Below are positions 1 to 15,000 of a DNA stretch of 64,000 nt, piece by piece (the stretch's first letter is position 1; every line of letters begins with the position of its first letter). A program made the position numbers and the translations under genes. A model generated the notes under the pieces. The model saw only the letters and a list, made by a program, of their open reading frames with translations. It was not told the origin of the DNA and did not search any database. The stretch covers positions 374,418,001 through 374,482,000 of the forward strand of contig OZ024742.1 in NCBI GenBank assembly GCA_964016885.1, in the 5' to 3' direction. The DNA comes from Eledone cirrhosa. Its lineage: Eukaryota.

Positions 1-3000
1 GAAACTGTTAGAAGATACAGTAATAGTAAGGGAGGGTCTGAGATAGAAACTGTGTTAGAAGATACAGTAATAGTAAGGGAGGGTCTGAAATAGAAACTGT
101 GTTTGAAGATACAGTAATAGTAAGGGAGGGTCTGAGATAGAAACTGTGTTAGAAGATACAGTAATAGTAAGGGAGGGTCTGAGATAGAAACTGTGTTAGA
201 AGATACAGTAATAGTAAGGGAGGCTCTTAGATAGAAACTGTGTTAGAAGATATATTAATAGTAAGGGAGGGTCTGAGATAGAAACTGTTAGAAGATACAG
301 TAATAGTAAGGGAGGGTCTGAGATAGAAACTGTGTTAGAAGATATATTAATAGTAAGCGAGGGTCTGAGAGAGAAACTGTTAGAAGATACAGTAATAGTA
401 AGGGCGGGTCTGAGATAGAAACTGTGTTAGAAGATATAGTAATAGTAAGGGAGGGTCTGACATAGAAACTGTTAGAAGATATATTAATAGTAAGGGAGGG
501 TCTGAGATAGAAACTGTGTTAGAAGATATATTAATAGTAAGGGAGTGTCTGAGATAGAAACTGTTAGAAGATATATTAATAGTAAGGGAGGGTCTGAAAC
601 TGCGTTAGAAGATATAGTAATAGTAAGGGAGCGTCTGAAACTGCGTTAGAAGATATATTAATAGTAAGGGAGGGTCTGAAACTGCATTAGAAGATATATT
701 AATAGTAAGGGAGGGTCTGAGATAGAAACTGTGTTAGAAGATTTATTAATAGTAAGGGAGGGTCTGAAACTGCGTTAGAAGATATCTTAATAGTAAGGGA
801 GTGTCTGAGATAGAAACTGTTAGAAGATACAGTAATAGTAAGGGAGGGTCTGAGATAGAAACGGTGTTAGAAGATATATTAATAGTAAGGGAGGGTCTGA
901 AATAGAAAATGTGTTAGACGATACAGTAATAGTAAGGGAGGGTCTGAGATAGAAACTGTGTTAGAAGATATCTTAATAGTAAGGGAGTGTCTGAGATAGA
1001 AACTGTTAGAAGATATATTAATAGTAAGGGAGGGTCTGAGATAGAAACTGTGTTAGAAGATACAGTAATAGTAAGGGAGGGTCTGAGATAGAAACTGTTA
1101 GAAGATACAGTAATAGTAAGGGAGGGTCTGAGATAGAAACTGTGTTAAAAGATATATTAATAGTAAGGGAGGGTCTGATATAGAAACTGCGTTAGAAGAT
1201 ACAGTAATAGTAAGGGAGGGTCTGAGATAGAAACTGTTAGTAGATATATTAATAGTAAGGGAGGGTCTCAGATAGAAACTGTGTTAGAAGATACAGTAAT
1301 AGTAAGGGAGGGTCTGAGATAGAAACTGTTAGAAGATACAGTAATAGTAAGGGAGGGTCTGAGATAGAAACTGTGTTAGAAGATATATTAATAGTAAGGG
1401 AGTGTCTGAGATAGAAACTGTGTTAGGAGATATATTAATAGTAAGGGAGGGTCTGAGATAGAAACTGTTAGACGATACAGTAATAGTAAGGGAGGGTCTG
1501 AGATAGAAACTGTTAGAAGATATATTAATAGTAAGGGAGGGTCTGAGATAGAAACTCTATGAGGAGATACAGTAATAGTAAGGGAGGGTCTGAGATAGAA
1601 ATGGTGTTAGAAGATATATTAATAGTAAGGCAGGGTCTGAGGTAGAAACTGTTAGAAGATACAGTAATAGTAAGGGAGGGTCTAAAATAGAAACTGTGTT
1701 AGACGATACAGTAATAGTAAGGGAGGGTCTGAAATAGAAACTGTGTTAGAAGGTATATTAATAGTAAGGGAGGGTCTGATATAGAAACTGTTAGAAGATA
1801 TATTAATAGTAAGTCAGTGTCTGAGATAGAAACTGTTAGACCCTCCCTTACTATTAATATATCTTCTAACAGTTTCTATCTCAGACACTGACTTACTATT
1901 AATATATCTTCTAACACAGTTTCTATCTCAGACCCTCCCTTACTATTAATATATCTTCTGAGATAGAAACTGTGTTAGAAGATACAGGAATAGTAAGGGA
2001 GGGTCTGAGATAGAAACTGTTAGAAGATATAGTAATAGTAAGGGAGGGTCTGAAATAGAAACTGTGTTAGACGATACAGTAATAGTTAGGGAGGGTCTGA
2101 GATAGAAACTGTTAGAAGATACAGTAATAGTAAGGGAGGGTCTAAGATATAAACTGTGTTAAAAGATATATTAATAGTAAGGGAGGGTCTGATATAGAAA
2201 CTGCGTTAGAAGATACAGTAATAGTAAGGGAGGGTCTGAGATAGAAACTGTTAGAAGATACAGTAATAGTAAGGGAGGGTCTGAGATAGAAACTGTTAGA
2301 AGATACAGTAATAGTAAGGGAGGGTCTGAGATAGAAACTGTGTTAGAAGATATATTAATAGTAAGCGAGGGTCTGAGAGAGAAACTGTTAGAAGATACAG
2401 TAATAGTAAGGGCGGGTCTGAGATAGAAACTGTGTTAGAAGATATAGTAATAGTAAGGGAGGGTCTGACATAGAAACTGTTAGAAGATATATTAATAGTA
2501 AGGGAGGGTCTGAGATAGAAACTGTGTTAGAAGATATATTAATAGTAAGGGAGTGTCTGAGATAGAAACTGTTAGAAGATATATTAATAGTAAGGGAGGG
2601 TCTGAAACTGCGTTAGAAGATATAGTAATAGTAAGGGAGCGTCTGAAACTGCGTTAGAAGATATATTAATAGTAAGGGAGGGTCTGAAACTGCATTAGAA
2701 GATATATTAATAGTAAGGGAGGGTCTGAGATAGAAACTGTGTTAGAAGATTTATTAATAGTAAGGGAGGGTCTGAAACTGCGTTAGAAGATATCTTAATA
2801 GTAAGGGAGTGTCTGAGATAGAAACTGTTAGAAGATACAGTAATAGTAAGGGAGGGTCTGAGATAGAAACTGTGTTAGAAGATATATTAATAGTAAGGGA
2901 GGGTCTGAAATAGAAAATGTGTTAGACGATACAGTAATAGTAAGGGAGGGTCTGAGATAGAAACTGTGTTAGAAGATATCTTAATAGTAAGGGAGTGTCT

Positions 3001-6000
3001 GAGATAGAAACTGTTAGAAGATATATTAATAGTAAGGGAGGGTCTGAGATAGAAACTGTGTTAGAAGATACAGTAATAGTAAGGGAGGGTCTGAGATAGA
3101 AACTGTTAGAAGATACAGTAATAGTAAGGGAGGGTCTGAGATAGAAACTGTGTTAAAAGATATATTAATAGTAAGGGAGGGTCTGATATAGAAACTGCGT
3201 TAGAAGATACAGTAATAGTAAGGGAGGGTCTGAGATAGAAACTGTTAGTAGATATATTAATAGTAAGGGAGGGTCTCAGATAGAAACTGTGTTAGAAGAT
3301 ACAGTAATAGTAAGGGAGGGTCTGAGATAGAAACTGTTAGAAGATACAGTAATAGTAAGGGAGGGTCTGAGATAGAAACTGTGTTAGAAGATATATTAAT
3401 AGTAAGGGAGTGTCTGAGATAGAAACTGTGTTAGGAGATATATTAATAGTAAGGGAGGGTCTGAGATAGAAACTGTTAGACGATACAGTAATAGTAAGGG
3501 AGGGTCTGAGATAGAAACTGTTAGAAGATATATTAATAGTAAGGGAGGGTCTGAGATAGAAACTCTATGAGGAGATACAGTAATAGTAAGGGAGGGTCTG
3601 AGATAGAAATGGTGTTAGAAGATATATTAATAGTAAGGCAGGGTCTGAGGTAGAAACTGTTAGAAGATACAGTAATAGTAAGGGAGGGTCTAAAATAGAA
3701 ACTGTGTTAGACGATACAGTAATAGTAAGGGAGGGTCTGAAATAGAAACTGTGTTAGAAGGTATATTAATAGTAAGGGAGGGTCTGATATAGAAACTGTT
3801 AGAAGATATATTAATAGTAAGTCAGTGTCTGAGATAGAAACTGTTAGACCCTCCCTTACTATTAATATATCTTCTAACAGTTTCTATCTCAGACACTGAC
3901 TTACTATTAATATATCTTCTAACACAGTTTCTATCTCAGACCCTCCCTTACTATTAATATATCTTCTGAGATAGAAACTGTGTTAGAAGATACAGGAATA
4001 GTAAGGGAGGGTCTGAGATAGAAACTGTTAGAAGATATAGTAATAGTAAGGGAGGGTCTGAAATAGAAACTGTGTTAGACGATACAGTAATAGTTAGGGA
4101 GGGTCTGAGATAGAAACTGTTAGAAGATACAGTAATAGTAAGGGAGGGTCTAAGATATAAACTGTGTTAAAAGATATATTAATAGTAAGGGAGGGTCTGA
4201 TATAGAAACTGCGTTAGAAGATACAGTAATAGTAAGGGAGGGTCTGAGATAGAAACTGTTAGAAGATACAGTAATAGTAAGGGACGGTCTGAGATAGAAA
4301 CTGTGTTAGAAGATATATTAATAGTAAGGGAGGGTCTGAGATAGAAACTGTGTTAGAAGATACAGTAATAGTAAGGGAGGGTCTGAGATAGAAACTGTGT
4401 TAGAAGATACAGTAATAGTAAGGGGGGGGGCTCTGAGATAGAAACTGTGTTAGAAGATATATTAATAGTAAGGGAGGGTCTGAGATAGAAACTGTGTTAG
4501 AAGATATATTAATAGTAAGGGAGGGTCTGAGATAGAAACTGTGTTAGAAGATATATTAATAGTAAGGGAGGGTCTGAGATAGAAACTGTGTTAGAAGATA
4601 CAGTAATAGTAAGGGAGGGACTGAGATAGAAACTGTTAGAAGATATATTAATAGTAAGGGAGGGTCTGAGATAGAAACTGTGTTAGAAGATAAAGTAATA
4701 GTAAGGGCGGGTCTGAGATAGAAACTGTGTTAGAAGATATATTAATAGTAAGGGAGGGTCTGAGATAGAAACTGTGTTAGAAGATATATTAATAGTAAGG
4801 GAGGGTCTGAGATAGAAACTGTGTTAGAAGATATATTAATAGTAAGGGAGGGTCTGAGATAGAAACTGTGTTAGAAGATAAAGTAATAGTAAGGGAGGGA
4901 CTGAGATAGAAACTGTTAGAAGATATATTAATAGTAAGGGAGGGTCTGAGATAGAAACTGTGTTAGAAGATACAGTAATAGTAAGGGAGGGTCTGAGATA
5001 GAAACTGTGTTAGAAGATATATTAATAGTAAGGGAGGGTCTGAGATAGAAACTGTGTTAGAAGATATATTAATAGTAAGGGAGGGTCTGAGATAGAAACT
5101 GTGTTAGAAGATACAGTAATAGTAAGGGCGGGTCTGAGATAGAAACTGTGTTAGAAGATATATTAATAGTAAGGGAGGGTCTGAGATAGAAACTGTGTTA
5201 GAAGATATATTAATAGTAAGGGAGGGACTGAGATAGAAACTGTTAGAAGATATATTAATAGTATGGGAGGGTCTGAGATAGAAACTGTGTTAGAAGATAT
5301 ATTAATCGTAAGGGAGGGTCTGAGGTAGAAACTGTTAGAAGATACAGGAATAGTAAGGGAGGGTCTGAGATAGAAACTGTTAGAAGATATATTAATAGTA
5401 AGGGAGTGTCTGAGATAGAAACTGTTAGAAGATATATTAATAGTAAGGGAGGGTCTGAAACTGCGTTAGAAGATATAGTAATAGTAAGGGAGCGTCTGAA
5501 ACTGCGTTAGAAGATATATTAATAGTAAGGGAGGGTCTGAAACTGCATTAGAAGATATATTAATAGTAAGGGAGGGTCTGAGATAGAAACTGTGTTAGAA
5601 GATTTATTAATAGTAAGGGAGGGTCTGAAACTGCGTTAGAAGATATCTTAATAGTAAGGGAGTGTCTGAGATAGAAACTGTTAGAAGATACAGTAATAGT
5701 AAGGGAGGGTCTGAGATAGAAACGGTGTTAGAAGATATATTAATAGTAAGGGAGGGTCTGAAATAGAAAATGTGTTAGACGATACAGTAATAGTAAGGGA
5801 GGGTCTGAGATAGAAACTGTGTTAGAAGATATCTTAATAGTAAGGGAGTGTCTGAGATAGAAACTGTTAGAAGATATATTAATAGTAAGGGAGGGTCTGA
5901 GATAGAAACTGTGTTAGAAGATACAGTAATAGTAAGGGAGGGTCTGAGATAGAAACTGTTAGAAGATACAGTAATAGTAAGGGAGGGTCTGAGATAGAAA

Positions 6001-9000
6001 CTGTGTTAAAAGATATATTAATAGTAAGGGAGGGTCTGATATAGAAACTGCGTTAGAAGATACAGTAATAGTAAGGGAGGGTCTGAGATAGAAACTGTTA
6101 GTAGATATATTAATAGTAAGGGAGGGTCTCAGATAGAAACTGTGTTAGAAGATACAGTAATAGTAAGGGAGGGTCTGAGATAGAAACTGTTAGAAGATAC
6201 AGTAATAGTAAGGGAGGGTCTGAGATAGAAACTGTGTTAGAAGATATATTAATAGTAAGGGAGTGTCTGAGATAGAAACTGTGTTAGGAGATATATTAAT
6301 AGTAAGGGAGGGTCTGAGATAGAAACTGTTAGACGATACAGTAATAGTAAGGGAGGGTCTGAGATAGAAACTGTTAGAAGATATATTAATAGTAAGGGAG
6401 GGTCTGAGATAGAAACTCTATGAGGAGATACAGTAATAGTAAGGGAGGGTCTGAGATAGAAATGGTGTTAGAAGATATATTAATAGTAAGGCAGGGTCTG
6501 AGGTAGAAACTGTTAGAAGATACAGTAATAGTAAGGGAGGGTCTAAAATAGAAACTGTGTTAGACGATACAGTAATAGTAAGGGAGGGTCTGAAATAGAA
6601 ACTGTGTTAGAAGGTATATTAATAGTAAGGGAGGGTCTGATATAGAAACTGTTAGAAGATATATTAATAGTAAGTCAGTGTCTGAGATAGAAACTGTTAG
6701 ACCCTCCCTTACTATTAATATATCTTCTAACAGTTTCTATCTCAGACACTGACTTACTATTAATATATCTTCTAACACAGTTTCTATCTCAGACCCTCCC
6801 TTACTATTAATATATCTTCTGAGATAGAAACTGTGTTAGAAGATACAGGAATAGTAAGGGAGGGTCTGAGATAGAAACTGTTAGAAGATATAGTAATAGT
6901 AAGGGAGGGTCTGAAATAGAAACTGTGTTAGACGATACAGTAATAGTAACGGAGGGTCTGAGATAGAAACTGTGTTAGAAGATATATTAATAGTAAGGGA
7001 GGGTCTGAGATAGAAACTATTAGAAGATATATTAATAGTAAGGGAGTGTGTGAGATAGAAACTGTTAGAAGATATATTAATAGTAAGGGAGGGTCTGAGA
7101 TAGAAACTGTGTTAGAAGATACAGTAATAGTAAGGGAGGGTCTGAGATAGAAACTGTTAGAAGATACAGTAATAGTAAGGGAGGGTCTGAGATAGAAACG
7201 GTGTTAGAAGATATATTAATAGTAAGGGAGGGTCTGAAATAGAAACTGTGTTAGACGATACAGTAATAGTAAGGGAGGGTCTGAAATAGAAACTGTGTTA
7301 GAAGGTATATTAATAGTAAGGGAGGGTCTGATATAGAAACTGTTAGAAGATATATTAATAGTAAGTCAGTGTCTGAGATAGAAACTGTTAGACCCTCCCT
7401 TACTATTAATATATCTTCTAACAGTTTCTATCTCAGACACTGACTTACTATTAATATATCTTCTAACACAGTTTCTATCTCAGACCCTCCCTTACTATTA
7501 ATATATCTTCTGAGATAGAAACTGTGTTAGAAGATACAGGAATAGTAAGGGAGGGTCTGAGATAGAAACTGTTAGAAGATATAGTAATAGTAAGGGAGGG
7601 TCTGAAATAGAAACTGTGTTAGACGATACAGTAATAGTAACGGAGGGTCTGAGATAGAAACTGTGTTAGAAGATATATTAATAGTAAGGGAGGGTCTGAG
7701 ATAGAAACTATTAGAAGATATATTAATAGTAAGGGAGTGTGTGAGATAGAAACTGTTAGAAGATATATTAATAGTAAGGGAGGGTCTGAGATAGAAAGTG
7801 TTAGAAGATACAGTAATAGTAAGGGACGGTCTGAGATAGAAACTGTGTTAGAAGATATATTAATAGTAAGGGAGGGTCTGAGATAGAAACTGTTAGAAGA
7901 TACAGTAATAGTAAGGGACGGTCTGAGATAGAAACTGTGTTAGAAGATATATTAATAGTAAGGGAGGGTCTGAGATAGAAACTGTGTTAGAAGATACAGT
8001 AATAGTAAGGGAGGGTCTGAGATAGAAACTGTTAGAAGATACAGTAATAGTAAGGGGGGCTCTGAGATAGAAACTGTGTTAGAAGATATATTAATAGTAA
8101 GGGAGGGTCTGTGTTAGAAGATACAGTAATAGTAAGGGCGGGTCTTAGATAGAAACTGTGTTAGAAGATATATTAATAGTAAGGGAGGGTCTGAGATAGA
8201 AACTGTGTTAGAAGATATATTAATAGTAAGGGAGGGTCTGAGATAGAAACTGTGTTAGAAGATACAGTAATAGTAAGGGACGGTGTGAGATAGAAACTGT
8301 GTTAGAAGATATATTAATAGTAAGGGAGGGTCTGAGATAGAAACTGTTAGAAGATACAGTAATAGTAAGGGACGGTCTGAGATAGAAACTGTGTTAGAAG
8401 ATATATTAATAGTAAGGGAGGGTCTGAGATAGAAACTGTGTTAGAAGATACAGTAATAGTAAGGGAGGGTCTGAGATAGAAACTGTGTTAGAAGATACAG
8501 TAATAGTAAGGGGGGCTCTGAGATAGAAACTGTGTTAGAAGATACAGGAATTGTAAGGGAGGGTCTGAGATAGAAACTGTAAGAAGATACAGTAATAGTA
8601 AGGGAGGGTCTGAGATAGAAACTGTGTTAGAAGATATATTAATAGTAAGGGAGGCTCTGAGATAGAAACTGCGTTAGAAGATACAGTAATAGTAAGGGAG
8701 GGACTGAGATAGAAACTGTTAGAAGATACAGTAATAGTAAGGGAGGGTCTGAGATAGAAACTGTGTTAGAAGATCTATTAATAGTAAGGGAGGATCTGAG
8801 ATAGAAACTGTTAGAAGATACAGTAATAGTAAGGGAGGGTCTGAGATAGAAACTGTTAGAAGATACAGTAATAGTAAGGGAGGCTCTTAGATAGAAACTG
8901 TGTTAGAAGATATATTAATAGTAAGGGAGTGTCTGAGATAGAAACTGTTAGAAGATATATTAATAGTAAGGGAGGGTCTGTGTTAGAAGATATATTAATA

Positions 9001-12000
9001 GTAAGGGAGGGTCTGAGATAGAAACTGTTAGAAGATACAGTAATAGTAAGGGAGGGTCTGAGATAGAAACTGTTAGACGATACAGTAATAGTAAGGGAGG
9101 GTCTGAGATAGAAACTGTTAGAAGATATATTAATAGTAAGGGAGGGTCTGAGATAGAAACTCTATGAGGAGATACAGTAATAGTAAGGGAGTGTCTGAGA
9201 TAGAAATGGTGTTAGAAGATATATTAATAGTAAGGCAGGGTCTGAGGTAGAAGCTGTTAGAAGATACAGTAATAGTAAGGGAGGGTCTAAAATAGAAACT
9301 GTGTTAGACGATACAGTAATAGTAAGGGAGGGTCTGAGATAGAAACTGTGTTAGAAGATATATTAATAGTAAGGGAGTGTCTGAGATAGAAACTGTTAGA
9401 AGATATATTAATAGTAAGTCAGTGTCTGAGATAGAAACTGTTAGAAGATATATTAATAATAAGGGAGGGTCTGAGATAGAAACTGTGTTAGAAGATACAG
9501 GAATAGTAAGGGAGGGTCTCAGGTAGAAACTGTTAGAAGATATAGTAATAGTAAGGGAGGGTCTGAAATAGAAACTGTGTTAGACGATACAGTAATAGTA
9601 AGGGAGGGTCTGAGATAGAAACTGTGTTAGAAGATACAGTAATAGTAAGGGAGGGTCTAAGATATAAACTGTGTTAGAAGATACAGTAATAGTAAAGGCG
9701 GGTCTGAGATAAAAACTGTGTTAGAAGATATATTAATAGTAAAGGAGGGTCTGTGTTAGAAGATATATTAATAGTAAGGGAGGGTCTGAGATAGAAACTG
9801 TGTTAGAAGATATATTAATAGTAAGGGCGGCTCTGAGATAGAAACTGTGTTAGAAGATATATTAATAGTAAGGGAGGGTCTGAGATAGAAACTGTTAGAA
9901 GATACAGTAATAGTAAGGGAGGGTCTGAGATAGAAACTGTGTTAGAAGATATATTAATAGTAAGCGAGGGTCTGAGAGAGAAACTGTTAGAAGATACAGT
10001 AATAGTAAGGGCGGGTCTGAGATAGAAACTGTGTTAGAAGATATAGTAATAGTAAGGGAGGGTCTGACATAGAAACTGTTAGAAGATATATTAATAGTAA
10101 GGGAGGGTCTGAGATAGAAACTGTGTTAGAAGATATATTAATAGTAAGGGAGTGTCTGAGATAGAAACTGTTAGAAGATATATTAATAGTAAGGGAGGGT
10201 CTGAAACTGCGTTAGAAGATATAGTAATAGTAAGGGAGCGTCTGAAACTGCGTTAGAAGATATATTAATAGTAAGGGAGGGTCTGAAACTGCATTAGAAG
10301 ATATATTAATAGTAAGGGAGGGTCTGAGATAGAAACTGTGTTAGAAGATTTATTAATAGTAAGGGAGGGTCTGAAACTGCGTTAGAAGATATCTTAATAG
10401 TAAGGGAGTGTCTGAGATAGAAACTGTTAGAAGATACAGTAATAGTAAGGGAGGGTCTGAGATAGAAACGGTGTTAGAAGATATATTAATAGTAAGGGAG
10501 GGTCTGAAATAGAAAATGTGTTAGACGATACAGTAATAGTAAGGGAGGGTCTGAGATAGAAACTGTGTTAGAAGATATCTTAATAGTAAGGGAGTGTCTG
10601 AGATAGAAACTGTTAGAAGATATATTAATAGTAAGGGAGGGTCTGAGATAGAAACTGTGTTAGAAGATACAGTAATAGTAAGGGAGGGTCTGAGATAGAA
10701 ACTGTTAGAAGATACAGTAATAGTAAGGGAGGGTCTGAGATAGAAACTGTGTTAAAAGATATATTAATAGTAAGGGAGGGTCTGACATAGAAACTGCGTT
10801 AGAAGATACAGTAATAGTAAGGGAGGGTCTGAGATAGAAACTGTTAGTAGATATATTAATAGTAAGGGAGGGTCTCAGATAGAAACTGTGTTAGAAGATA
10901 CAGTAATAGTAAGGGAGGGTCTGAGATAGAAACTGTTAGAAGATACAGTAATAGTAAGGGAGGGTCTGAGATAGAAACTGTGTTAGAAGATATATTAATA
11001 GTAAGGGAGTGTCTGAGATAGAAACTGTGTTAGGAGATATATTAATAGTAAGGGAGGGTCTGAGATAGAAACTGTTAGACGATACAGTAATAGTAAGGGA
11101 GGGTCTGAGATAGAAACTGTTAGAAGATATATTAATAGTAAGGGAGGGTCTGAGATAGAAACTCTATGAGGAGATACAGTAATAGTAAGGGAGGGTCTGA
11201 GATAGAAATGGTGTTAGAAGATATATTAATAGTAAGGCAGGGTCTGAGGTAGAAACTGTTAGAAGATACAGTAATAGTAAGGGAGGGTCTAAAATAGAAA
11301 CTGTGTTAGACGATACAGTAATAGTAAGGGAGGGTCTGAAATAGAAACTGTGTTAGAAGGTATATTAATAGTAAGGGAGGGTCTGATATAGAAACTGTTA
11401 GAAGATATATTAATAGTAAGTCAGTGTCTGAGATAGAAACTGTTAGACCCTCCCTTACTATTAATATATCTTCTAACAGTTTCTATCTCAGACACTGACT
11501 TACTATTAATATATCTTCTAACACAGTTTCTATCTCAGACCCTCCCTTACTATTAATATATCTTCTGAGATAGAAACTGTGTTAGAAGATACAGGAATAG
11601 TAAGGGAGGGTCTGAGATAGAAACTGTTAGAAGATATAGTAATAGTAAGGGAGGGTCTGAAATAGAAACTGTGTTAGACGATACAGTAATAGTTAGGGAG
11701 GGTCTGAGATAGAAACTGTTAGAAGATACAGTAATAGTAAGGGAGGGTCTAAGATATAAACTGTGTTAAAAGATATATTAATAGTAAGGGAGGGTCTGAT
11801 ATAGAAACTGCGTTAGAAGATACAGTAATAGTAAGGGAGGGTCTGAGATAGAAACTGTTAGAAGATACAGTAATAGTAAGGGAGGGTCTGAGATAGAAAC
11901 TGTTAGAAGATACAGTAATAGTAAGGGAGGGTCTGAGATAGAAACTGTGTTAGAAGATATATTAATAGTAAGCGAGGGTCTGAGAGAGAAACTGTTAGAA

Positions 12001-15000
12001 GATACAGTAATAGTAAGGGCGGGTCTGAGATAGAAACTGTGTTAGAAGATATAGTAATAGTAAGGGAGGGTCTGACATAGAAACTGTTAGAAGATATATT
12101 AATAGTAAGGGAGGGTCTGAGATAGAAACTGTGTTAGAAGATATATTAATAGTAAGGGAGTGTCTGAGATAGAAACTGTTAGAAGATATATTAATAGTAA
12201 GGGAGGGTCTGAAACTGCGTTAGAAGATATAGTAATAGTAAGGGAGCGTCTGAAACTGCGTTAGAAGATATATTAATAGTAAGGGAGGGTCTGAAACTGC
12301 ATTAGAAGATATATTAATAGTAAGGGAGGGTCTGAGATAGAAACTGTGTTAGAAGATTTATTAATAGTAAGGGAGGGTCTGAAACTGCGTTAGAAGATAT
12401 CTTAATAGTAAGGGAGTGTCTGAGATAGAAACTGTTAGAAGATACAGTAATAGTAAGGGAGGGTCTGAGATAGAAACTGTGTTAGAAGATATATTAATAG
12501 TAAGGGAGGCTCTGAGATAGAAACTGCGTTAGAAGATACAGTAATAGTAAGGGAGGGACTGAGATAGAAACTGTTAGAAGATACAGTAATAGTAAGGGAG
12601 GCTCTGAGATAGAAACTGTGTTAGAAGATATATTAATAGTAAAGGAGGGTCTGAGATAGAAACTGTTAGAAGATAAAGTAATAGTAAGGGGGGCTCTGAC
12701 ATAGAAACTGTGTTAGAAGATATATTAATAGTAAGGGAGGGTCTGAGATAGAAACTGCGTTAGAAGATACAGTAATAGTAAGGGAGGGACTGAGATAGAA
12801 ACTGTTAGAAGATACAGTAATAGTAAGGGAGGGTCTGAGATAGAAACTGTGTTAGAAGATATATTAATAGTAAGGGAGGGTCTGAGATAGAAACTGTTAG
12901 AAGATATATTAATAGTAAGGGAGGGTCTGAGATAGAAAGTGTTAGAAGATACAGTAATAGTAAGGGACGGTCTGAGATAGAAACTGTGTTAGAAGATATA
13001 TTAATAGTAAGGGAGGGTCTGAGATAGAAACTGTTAGAAGATACAGTAATAGTAAGGGACGGTCTGAGATAGAAACTGTGTTAGAAGATATATTAATAGT
13101 AAGGGAGGGTCTGAGATAGAAACTGTGTTAGAAGATACAGTAATAGTAAGGGAGGGTCTGAGATAGAAACTGTTAGAAGATACAGTAATAGTAAGGGGGG
13201 CTCTGAGATAGAAACTGTGTTAGAAGATATATTAATAGTAAGGGAGGGTCTGTGTTAGAAGATACAGTAATAGTAAGGGCGGGTCTTAGATAGAAACTGT
13301 GTTAGAAGATATATTAATAGTAAGGGAGGGTCTGAGATAGAAACTGTGTTAGAAGATATATTAATAGTAAGGGAGGGTCTGAGATAGAAACTGTGTTAGA
13401 AGATACAGTAATAGTAAGGGACGGTGTGAGATAGAAACTGTGTTAGAAGATATATTAATAGTAAGGGAGGGTCTGAGATAGAAACTGTTAGAAGATACAG
13501 TAATAGTAAGGGACGGTCTGAGATAGAAACTGTGTTAGAAGATATATTAATAGTAAGGGAGGGTCTGAGATAGAAACTGTGTTAGAAGATACAGTAATAG
13601 TAAGGGAGGGTCTGAGATAGAAACTGTGTTAGAAGATACAGTAATAGTAAGGGGGGCTCTGAGATAGAAACTGTGTTAGAAGATATATTAATAGTAAGGG
13701 AGGGTCTGAGATAGAAACTGTGTTAGAAGATATATTAATAGTAAGGGAGGGTCTGAGATAGAAACTGTGTTAGAAGATATATTAATAGTAAGGGAGGGTC
13801 TGAGATAGAAACTGTGTTAGAAGATACAGTAATAGTAAGGGAGGGACTGAGATAGAAACTGTTAGAAGATATATTAATAGTAAGGGAGGGTCTGAGATAG
13901 AAACTGTGTTAGAAGATAAAGTAATAGTAAGGGCGGGTCTGAGATAGAAACTGTGTTAGAAGATATATTAATAGTAAGGGAGGGTCTGAGATAGAAACTG
14001 TGTTAGAAGATATATTAATAGTAAGGGAGGGACTGAGATAGAAACTGTTAGAAGATATATTAATAGTATGGGAGGGTCTGAGATAGAAACTGTGTTAGAA
14101 GATATATTAATCGTAAGGGAGGGTCTGAGGTAGAAACTGTTAGAAGATACAGGAATAGTAAGGGAGGGTCTGAGATAGAAACTGTTAGAAGATATATTAA
14201 TAGTAAGGGAGTGTCTGAGATAGAAACTGTTAGAAGATATATTAATAGTAAGGGAGGGTCTGAGATAGAAACTGTGTTAGAAGATACAGTAATAGTAAGG
14301 GAGGGTCTGAGATAGAAACTGTGTTAGAAGATATATTAATAGTAAGGGAGGGTCTGAGATAGAAACTGTGTTAGACGATACAGTAATAGTAAGGGATGGT
14401 CTTAAATAGAAACTGTGTTAGAAGATACAGTAATAGTAAGGGAGCGTCTGAAATAGAAACTGTGTTAGACGATACAGTAATAGTAAGGGAGGGTCTGAGA
14501 TAGAAACTCTGTTAGAAGATACAGTAATAGTAAGGGAGGGTCTGAGATAGAAACTGTGTTAGAAGATACAGTAATAGTAAGGGAGGGTCTGAGATAGAAA
14601 CTGTTAGACGATACAGTAATAGTAAGGGAGGGTCTGAGATATAAACTGTGTTAGAAGATATATTAATAGTAAGGGAGGGTCTGAGATAGAAACTGTGTTA
14701 GAAGATACAGTAAGAGTAGGGGAGGCTCTGAGATAGAAACTGTGTTAGAAGATACAGTAATAGTAAGGGGGGCTCTGAGATAGAAACTGTGTTAGAAGAT
14801 ACAGGAATTGTAAGGGAGGGTCTGAGATAGAAACTGTAAGAAGATACAGTAATAGTAAGGGAGGGTCTGAGATAGAAACTGTGTTAGAAGATATATTAAT
14901 AGTAAGGGAGGCTCTGAGATAGAAACTGCGTTAGAAGATACAGTAATAGTAAGGGAGGGACTGAGATAGAAACTGTTAGAAGATACAGTAATAGTAAGGG

